A stretch of DNA of 64,000 bases from Trypanosoma brucei. Its lineage: Eukaryota. The stretch covers positions 352,001 through 416,000 of the forward strand of contig CH464491.1 of NCBI GenBank assembly GCA_000002445.1, written 5' to 3'. This document shows positions 57,596 to 64,000 of the stretch, in pieces (the stretch's first letter is position 1; each line of letters starts with the position of its first letter). A model generated the notes under the pieces. It worked only from the letters and a program-made list of their open reading frames with translations, was not told the DNA's origin and searched no databases. Made by a program: the position numbers and the translations under genes.

Positions 57596-60178
57596 ATGCC
57601 GGAAAAACCTGGTTCACATTCCATGATAAATTCATGTAATGCCCGCGTTGTCTCTACGCCTTTTGGAATCAATGGCTTAGAGTGCTACGACGGAAACTTA
57701 AGTGTCAATCACCCCCGTGTGTTAAATTCTGCTACTTCCAGAAATGAAACTGCAGTGGGAGGAGCACTTGGGATTCGTAACTTATGCAACCGAAACAAAG
57801 AGGAGATGGATTTTGATAAACCAATTGTCTTAGCTTCTCTACATCACAAGGGTAGACTAGTGGTGTGGGATGCGGACACAATGGATGTATTGGGAACATG
57901 TGATCACAGCGGCGCATCAGTGATTGAATGTGTGATTACCCCAACTTATATTTATGTGCGCGTAGAAAACGAGGGGTGTCTTGAGGACAAGGAAGCAAGT
58001 ATTTTTATTTGGCACACGAAGTCGCTTAAATTGTGCGACCGTGTTGTGGCCCACGATGGTCGTGTGACATCGTTTGCGGTGAGTGATGAAAGTGACGCCT
58101 GCTTCGCAACTGCTGGAGTGGATCAAATGGTGCACCTCTGGGATTTGGCGAAGGACCACATGATACCCGTACAAAAAATTGCACTTAAAAGCAGTGTGAC
58201 GGTTTCACTTTACTATGCAGGCAAAATCTTTGCCAGTTACGCAGGCTCTCCGATGGTTGTGTGGGATGCGGTCTCTGGGAAGGAAGTTTTTCGTACAAAG
58301 GAGGAAAGTGGGAGAATAACCCTTGTTCGTTGGATAAACGATCCTCAGCGCGTTAAGAGCAAACGTCGGGTAGCGCAGGATCTCTCTATTATTGTTGGTT
58401 TCAACGACGGGTTTATTAAGGAATGGTCGGTTCACACGGCACATTCTTCCTCCTCCTCCTCCAGTTCCAGCGTTTCTCTGGCCTTGAAGTGGGCTCATAA
58501 AGTTCATCGTTCTCAAATTGACGATATCTGCGGAGATGATGAAGTTGTACTAAGTTGCAGCGCACTCGATGGCGCATTTCTGCTTCTTCCTTCGACAGGA
58601 AATGCGGCATCGCTCTTTTCTTACGGTGCGCGTATAGGACTACTTGATACGTGTTCGAAACTTGCCATCGTTGGAGCAGAGGACGGTTCTGTCGCTGTGT
58701 TTTCCTACGCCGAGTTTTACATGGGGAGAAGTGTCCCGGGTAAGTTATCAGTATTTCGTCCTCACGTTGGTAGTGTTACAGGCATGTTCCTCCAGCTGCA
58801 AAGGGATCAGAAGTGGGACAGGCTCATGTGCAGTTCAGCTGACGGAAAGCTGTTGTTCTTGGATTACAGCAAGAGTCGCTGTGGGTCGTGGATTGAAAGG
58901 GTGAAATCTCAAACTGTGGACTTCATTCCCCGCACTGGTGGCATTATTGTTCCACAAAAAGACGGAAAGGTTAGCATAGTGAATCGAGACACTTTAGCAT
59001 TCAGCTCTAAACAACCATCGCTGAAGCTGTCCAAGTCAGTTATTACAGTCCGGTGGGTTGATGCGTATAACAAGCTACTTTTGGGATACGAAACGGGGGA
59101 AATTGCGGTGTATGAATGTCGAATAGACAACAATAACATCGTATCTTTCTTCAAACTGGAAGAGCGAGGGTTGTCGCCGTATTTTGTTCCACTTATTGCC
59201 CTTAGTGAGCCTTCCTCGCACCTGGCAGTGGCATGTTTTAGGAAGGAGACGCTGCATGAGGGTGGTTTCTTAGTCATTGATGTGGAGCATGCCGACATCA
59301 CTTTCCCCTTGCAGTACCTACAACGATCATATGCCATCCGCTGCAGCATAATCCCTCTGAAGGATATGGAGGATTGCGATTACACTGTTATTTTGTTACT
59401 TAGAGATGGCAGTATCCTTCAGTACTTGGGTGATGCAGAGGAAAGAGTCGATGCCGTACTTACGAGGACCATATCTAATTCTCAACTCCCCAATGTGCGC
59501 TCGATGGAACTGACAGGTTTGAGCATTTTCCCCTCTCAATATGTTCTTTCGGTGGAGCAAACGACGACAGACGCACCAAAAATCACTCTCATATACGCGG
59601 AGGGACCTCATCTGAAGAGGGCAACATTTAGTGCAACTGCAGCGGGATCTGTGGAGGTGACAGATTTTGCCGAGAAGGGAGCGAACGCTTCTCAACAAAC
59701 AGAGGAAAAAAAGCTTGGAGACGTGGTTTGCCTGACGGGTATTTTTCAGGGTGACTTGGGCCTGGCTGTGGTTCGAGATTCCCCATTTGTTGACCTTGTC
59801 AGTCCAGGAGGTGAATATTTGTACCGCATTTGGTACGGTGGAGATGTCCTCAACTACGACATGGAAGGTCGACGCCGGAGACAACTTAGTTTCCCCTTTG
59901 ATCCTGCCATTCTTAATGAAAAAAAGAGTCTTGCAATGAATTCATCCTGCAGTGCTTGTTGTGTTTCCTTCTGTGCGGAACGGCGATATCTTGCCATTGG
60001 TTACCGTGATGGTACGGTGCAACTCTTTGATACAACGCAGCATGTCATATTTGCTCGCTTCATGGCTCACACGGCAACAGTCACCTCCATATGGGCCTTC
60101 CCCCACGCCATGGTTTCTTTTTCTGTAGATGGAAGCTGTTACGTGGGAAGGGTGACCCGTCGTGTGTTATTTGGTTAG
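57596..60178 (+). CDS. WD40-repeat protein (about 860 aa) with an internal poly-Ser run
   Basis: The track start 57509 is a TTG; the first ATG is at 57596 (MPEKPGSHSM). There are multiple WD-like blades (LVVWDADTMDVLGTCDHSGASVIEC; HDGRVTSFAVS...MVHLWDLAKD; SPMVVWDAVSGKEV; GTVQLFDTTQHVIFARFMAHTATVTSI). (TCC/AGT)n at about 58441-58470 encodes SSSSSSSSS. Confidence 0.7.
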   Translation: MPEKPGSHSMINSCNARVVSTPFGINGLECYDGNLSVNHPRVLNSATSRNETAVGGALGIRNLCNRNKEEMDFDKPIVLASLHHKGRLVVWDADTMDVLGTCDHSGASVIECVITPTYIYVRVENEGCLEDKEASIFIWHTKSLKLCDRVVAHDGRVTSFAVSDESDACFATAGVDQMVHLWDLAKDHMIPVQKIALKSSVTVSLYYAGKIFASYAGSPMVVWDAVSGKEVFRTKEESGRITLVRWINDPQRVKSKRRVAQDLSIIVGFNDGFIKEWSVHTAHSSSSSSSSSVSLALKWAHKVHRSQIDDICGDDEVVLSCSALDGAFLLLPSTGNAASLFSYGARIGLLDTCSKLAIVGAEDGSVAVFSYAEFYMGRSVPGKLSVFRPHVGSVTGMFLQLQRDQKWDRLMCSSADGKLLFLDYSKSRCGSWIERVKSQTVDFIPRTGGIIVPQKDGKVSIVNRDTLAFSSKQPSLKLSKSVITVRWVDAYNKLLLGYETGEIAVYECRIDNNNIVSFFKLEERGLSPYFVPLIALSEPSSHLAVACFRKETLHEGGFLVIDVEHADITFPLQYLQRSYAIRCSIIPLKDMEDCDYTVILLLRDGSILQYLGDAEERVDAVLTRTISNSQLPNVRSMELTGLSIFPSQYVLSVEQTTTDAPKITLIYAEGPHLKRATFSATAAGSVEVTDFAEKGANASQQTEEKKLGDVVCLTGIFQGDLGLAVVRDSPFVDLVSPGGEYLYRIWYGGDVLNYDMEGRRRRQLSFPFDPAILNEKKSLAMNSSCSACCVSFCAERRYLAIGYRDGTVQLFDTTQHVIFARFMAHTATVTSIWAFPHAMVSFSVDGSCYVGRVTRRVLFG

Positions 60179-60180
60179 TT

Positions 60181-60250
60181 TGTTTTTTTTTCTTTTTCTT
60201 TTTTTCTTTTTTCTTTTTATTTTATTTTCTTTTTTCTTTCTTTTTTGAGT
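60181..60250 (+). promoter_or_regulatory. 70-nt polypyrimidine (T/C) tract immediately after the WD40 stop, a candidate polyadenylation/trans-splicing guide element
   Basis: tttgtttttttttctttttctttttttcttttttctttttattttattttcttttttctttcttttttg, read directly. In kinetoplastids such tracts direct coupled polyadenylation and SL addition. Confidence 0.4.
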
Positions 60251-61294
60251 CCAACTAAGTTTCTATCTGTTGTCTCTCTATAACCCTCATAGAACCCAAA
60301 CAAACGCACTAGTGGAGCGTTGTTGACCAAAAGATGTTGGAGGGCAACCGAAAAAAAAAAAGAAAGTGTTTGTGTATGTGTTTCGCTGGTTAATCTTAAA
60401 GACGACTTTTGCCGTTTGACTGTCCCCTTTATCCCGCGTATGTACCGTCAGAAAACGAGAAGAGGGATATGATGAAAGAAAAATGCATTAATATTTGTTA
60501 ATGTAATTCAACAGGACAAACCACCGCTAATGGCCTGAAGATCAGTGTCATTTCCTACTGCCAGCATGGAAGGGTTTCTGATGGTTGCTAGTGAACAGCA
60601 GTAGAAGTGAAGGGGTGCCCGAAAAAAAAAAATGGTTACAAGGGAGAAAATGGCTATCAAAGGTCATGTACTAATGATTTTTTTTAAAAAAAAGAAGAAA
60701 AATGAGAAAAAGGTGGGGAAGGGGAGGCAACAACGATAGAACATTTAATAATGGTCCCTCCTCTGATATTAGTTGGATGATAGATGTCGGTGCGAGTGTG
60801 CCATCCATTTTTTTTGTTCTTTTCATTACATTAATAATCCAAGGTGTGGAGTGGTGGTGACTCCCACCCACTCCTCTTCGTTTGCTGTCTTTCCTCCCTT
60901 TTGTCTTTTTTTTAAAAAAAAAAAAAGCTATTGCACCGCGCTGCGTAAAAGGGGGAAAAAACGACCCAGAAGTTAAAAAAAAACAAAACAGACGTTTATA
61001 ACCGCAAATACAAAAGCTATGGCAAGTTCAAGTGGGGTGTTGCTGAACCGAGTTGGCCGACTGGGGTGTGTTTTCCTTTTCTTTTCTTTTTTGTTTTTCA
61101 TGTCACAATTGTGTAAACGTACAGTTATTGTTGAGGCACCTCCCCTCTGTGTGCTCAATTCCTTTTTTAAATCATGACGGCGGTGGTGATGATGATTCCA
61201 ATGAGAAAGGGAGAATGAAGGGGTGAAGAGAAGCAAACAAATATGTTTTTTTTCTTTTCTGCATTGAAAACGTAACGGGGCGTTAACAATATCG

Positions 61295-61311
61295 AGGGGT
61301 GGGGGGGGGGG
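61295..61311 (+). repeat. G-run (GGGGTG11)
   Basis: gaggggtgggggggggggg, read directly at 61295-61311. It lies in the intergenic region upstream of the EFHC1-like gene. Confidence 0.6.
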
Positions 61312-61441
61312 TACCCGTTAGGTCCAGTAATAAAGTCACTGGACCGCAACCAACACGACGGGTTTAGAGGAAATCGCAACTTGTGCACGAGTGAAGAAGT
61401 TGGAGTGACGTGTAATTATGCGGTTAATTATATTGTAGCTA

Positions 61442-61494
61442 CTTCCTTCCTTCCTTCCTTCTCTTTCTCTATCTCTATCTCTATCTCTATCTCT
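61442..61494. repeat. (CTTC)n-(CTCTAT)n compound microsatellite
   Basis: cttccttccttccttccttctctttctctatctctatctctatctctatctc, read directly. Confidence 0.9.
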
Positions 61495-62756
61495 TCACGT
61501 TTCGTTTGGTAGTGACTTTTGAAATTGCCCCTTTAATTCTCTCAAGTTATCTTTCTCGAATATAAATAAATAAATGTAACTCGTCTACCTCGGTGGTGGG
61601 TGTCTTTTTTTTCTTTTTTTTTTTTTGTTTTTTGGTACAGTTAATCCATTGACATACATTGTTAACGGTTGCCGCTTCGAGGCGTGTAATGCTCCTTCAT
61701 TCACTTACCCATATACATATTTGTGTGGTTTTAGCGGAAAGAGATTTGTTTGTTTGTTTTGTTTTGTTTTGTTTTTGAGAAAATAATTGTGTTGGTTGTT
61801 ACGTATGCACTTATATCCGTCAATGCAATTCAACCTTTTGCAAAACGAAAGAGTAGTGCCTGCATATTTTTGTACTTTTTCCCTCTATTGTCCGGAAAAA
61901 TATTTTAAAAAGACAGAATGGTCAAGGAAAGGGACGGATGGTGCCGTTTATTACATAATAATGATCAGGTGTTTTTCTAACGTGTTTGATTTTCCTCTGG
62001 ATGTTTCTTGTTCATCCTTTCGTTAGGTATTATTACTCTTCTTTTTTTTTTTAAAGAGAAGTGTGAAACGCGGCACCCGTATCACACCCGGAAACTCAGA
62101 AACATATACATGTATGTATGTATATATATATATATATATAATCTTATACTGTTAACAAGTGTAGATTTGTAGCTTCCTAACCCGTTTGTTTGTGTATGTT
62201 GGAAGTAGAATTGCGTATTTGTGTCCCACAGGACTCTCGACTGTCATTTGCACAGTTAAGTGTTTGTTTGACAGAAGTATCATTTGCTTACGCTTTCACT
62301 CACCCACATACACCTACATATACATATATATATATATATATTTATTTATTTATTTATATATATAACACGCATGAGCTTCAGTCACGCAAAAATTCACTTC
62401 TTTCTCCTCCCTCACTCTACAAACTTTCATATCTTCCATTCCCCTCCTCAAAAAAAAAAATATTCTCTCCTTTATCATCTTTCCCCAAATTGGATAGTAG
62501 TAGATATTATTAGGAGAAAAGTGGGAAAGACACATTCAGATATACGCGTACGCAGAAATAACTAAGTCAGATACAGGAAAGAGTTTTTTTTTTTTCGTTG
62601 TGGGGGGTTAGAGATCTCTACCTATTTCGTCACCTCCGTTAGAAGCGGTTAGAGGAGGGGGAAAACAATAAAGGAGGGAAAGAGTTTCTTTTTTTGATTT
62701 TTTCGAGGTATAAAACAAACACTTGGCGGGGGTGGGGTGGACCGCCACATTCAGCA

Positions 62757-64000
62757 ATGGCTTACCAGCAGTCACGGGCTCTAAAGAAGGAGTTTTCTCT
62801 TCCCATGGTGCCCGGTATGACGTGTGGTGAAGAGATGCTCCGACGGAGTTACCACCGCACTCAAGTGCACGGAAGGAAGTATGACACCAATACACACATT
62901 GACGGTGTCCCAGAGGACATGTCAAGGTTCAACTTACAAACGGTTTCGTCCATCTCCAAGTATGCTCCCGAGATGCTTCCCACCGCTACGCAAACGCAGA
63001 AAAGTGATGAGCAAAATGTCGACCTCACTGGCCGCGTGCTGCGTTTCTACGCTTACACGAAGGAACTCGTCCCCGAGAGCTTCGTTGAGCGGGAACGCGT
63101 TCGGAAGTTTGTCTTTAACGTCTTTTTGGAGGACAATACCATGAGTGTGGTAGAGGACGTTGCCGACAACTCCGGTATTGCCATGCCCGCTTCTCTGAAA
63201 CGGCACATCGTCCCACTTCCGGATGGATCACCCATTACATTTGCCAACTTCCGTGTGGGTGAAACCATCACCTTCTATGGCCGGACGTACATGGTGTACG
63301 ACGCGGACAAGTTTACACGTGATTTCTATTCGCAGTCAGGACTAGAGCTTGACCCGGCACTGCCGCTTCCCTTTGACGCATATACGGAACTCCAGAATCG
63401 GCCAAAGAAAATATATGCCGTGCGTACCATCGCGGCCAGCGACCCAACGAACCTCACACTCTTACCCGAGCAGGTGCGCGCCACGCAGCAGTTCCTAAAG
63501 CATGACGGCGAGGTGTTGCGTTGCGATTGCGTGTGGGATGACATGGAGGCATTGCACGGTACCAAACATTACCTGACTCTGTACTACTTTCTTTCGGATG
63601 ACAGTATTGCATTGGTGGAGAAAGATTATCCCAACAGTGGTCGCGATCCGTTCCCGCGTTTCTTCCGCAGGCAGCGCGTAGCCAAACCCAAGGATGGCAG
63701 GTTCGACCCCACTTCATTGGGTACACTTACCTTTGAGGACACGAGCAACAGAGACTACTATACTGACGCCGATATTCGTATTGGCAACTGTTTACACGTT
63801 TTTGGTCGTGATGTGCTCATCTATGACTATGATGAATATACCCAGCACCACCTTCTCAAGAAATTTGGTATTACTTCATACGATCCCATACCGGGAGGTA
63901 AAAATCCTCCAGCAGCCCCAATCGGCTGCCACAGGCGCGAAAAGACAGCACAAGAGTTGGAGGAAGTTCAGATGCGGAAGCGCGCGGAGAATCGCATGCG
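62757..64000 (+). CDS. EFHC1: EF-hand domain-containing protein 1 / Rib72-like flagellar protofilament-ribbon protein (N-terminal part with two DM10 domains; the CDS runs off the window end)
   Basis: ATG at 62757 (MAYQQSRALKKEF). The first DM10 domain reads VLRFYAYTKELVPESF...VFNVFLEDNTMSVVEDVADNSGI...FYGRTYMVYDADKFTRDFYSQSGLELDPALPLPFDAYTEL. It closely parallels EFHC1 blocks (LKFDAYFQE...[21 protein letters not shown]...[28 protein letters not shown]...DPYTEL). The second DM10 domain reads LRCDCVWDDMEALHGTKHYLTLYYFLSDDSIALVEKDYPNSGRDPFPRFFRRQRV. The frame is still open at nt 64000. Confidence 0.8.
   Translation, partial: MAYQQSRALKKEFSLPMVPGMTCGEEMLRRSYHRTQVHGRKYDTNTHIDGVPEDMSRFNLQTVSSISKYAPEMLPTATQTQKSDEQNVDLTGRVLRFYAYTKELVPESFVERERVRKFVFNVFLEDNTMSVVEDVADNSGIAMPASLKRHIVPLPDGSPITFANFRVGETITFYGRTYMVYDADKFTRDFYSQSGLELDPALPLPFDAYTELQNRPKKIYAVRTIAASDPTNLTLLPEQVRATQQFLKHDGEVLRCDCVWDDMEALHGTKHYLTLYYFLSDDSIALVEKDYPNSGRDPFPRFFRRQRVAKPKDGRFDPTSLGTLTFEDTSNRDYYTDADIRIGNCLHVFGRDVLIYDYDEYTQHHLLKKFGITSYDPIPGGKNPPAAPIGCHRREKTAQELEEVQMRKRAENRM

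Noticed and set aside
60773-62026. Possible small gene between the WD40 gene and EFHC1 (ORFs 60773..60976, 61787..62026)
   Set aside because: Peptides are compositionally odd (poly-K, Cys-rich junk) and embedded in homopolymer tracts. More likely UTR/intergenic.
1-64000. Track ORF starts in general (e.g. 2630, 7404, 13766, 19247, 22852, 32836, 35166, 39326, 50154, 52320, 57509)
   Set aside because: Inspection shows these start at TTG/GTG codons, because the ORF caller uses bacterial alternative starts. For a eukaryotic nuclear genome I moved starts to the first in-frame ATG, but the true N-termini remain uncertain without SL-site data.
1-64000. Prokaryotic-style features (CRISPR arrays, defence islands, IS elements, operons, sigma-70 promoters, rho-independent terminators)
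   Set aside because: Sequence architecture, codon usage and protein content (EFHC1, MCU, NDUFS7, ubiquilin, kinase-fold) are eukaryotic/kinetoplastid. No direct-repeat/spacer arrays or transposase genes were seen.

Overview
The window looks like a kinetoplastid (Trypanosoma-like, probably African-trypanosome-like) nuclear chromosome segment. About 21 intron-less protein-coding genes all lie on the + strand, with nothing credible on the minus strand, as expected inside one polycistronic transcription unit. The genes are separated by AT-rich, low-complexity intergenic regions of 0.5-4.5 kb containing poly-T/polypyrimidine tracts and (TA)n/(GT)n microsatellites. There are no bacterial-type operons, CRISPR arrays, IS elements or prokaryotic defence systems, and I found no convincing tRNA, rRNA, SL-RNA or retroposon (ingi/RIME-like) sequence. 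Nine genes are recognisable from motifs: a P1B-type Cu+-ATPase, the complex-I PSST/NDUFS7 subunit, an NADH-cytochrome b5 reductase, a dithiol glutaredoxin, a UBL-STI1-UBA ubiquilin/Dsk2, an MCU-family mitochondrial calcium uniporter with the WDIMEP filter, a Dabb stress-response domain protein, a ZC2HC-type zinc-finger protein, and the flagellar DM10 protein EFHC1/Rib72 (truncated by the window end). The most unusual loci are a 3003-aa protein built almost entirely of tandem parallel beta-helix (PbH1/CASH-like) repeats, an 1156-aa pseudokinase with degenerate catalytic motifs and a long Ser/Pro-rich tail, a candidate NDUFA13/GRIM-19-like small membrane protein, and a 4.5-kb ORF-free AT-rich block. 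The supplied ORF track uses TTG/GTG/CTG as start codons, so I moved most gene starts to the first in-frame ATG; N-termini remain uncertain. Every homology call is made by eye from motifs and no database search was run.
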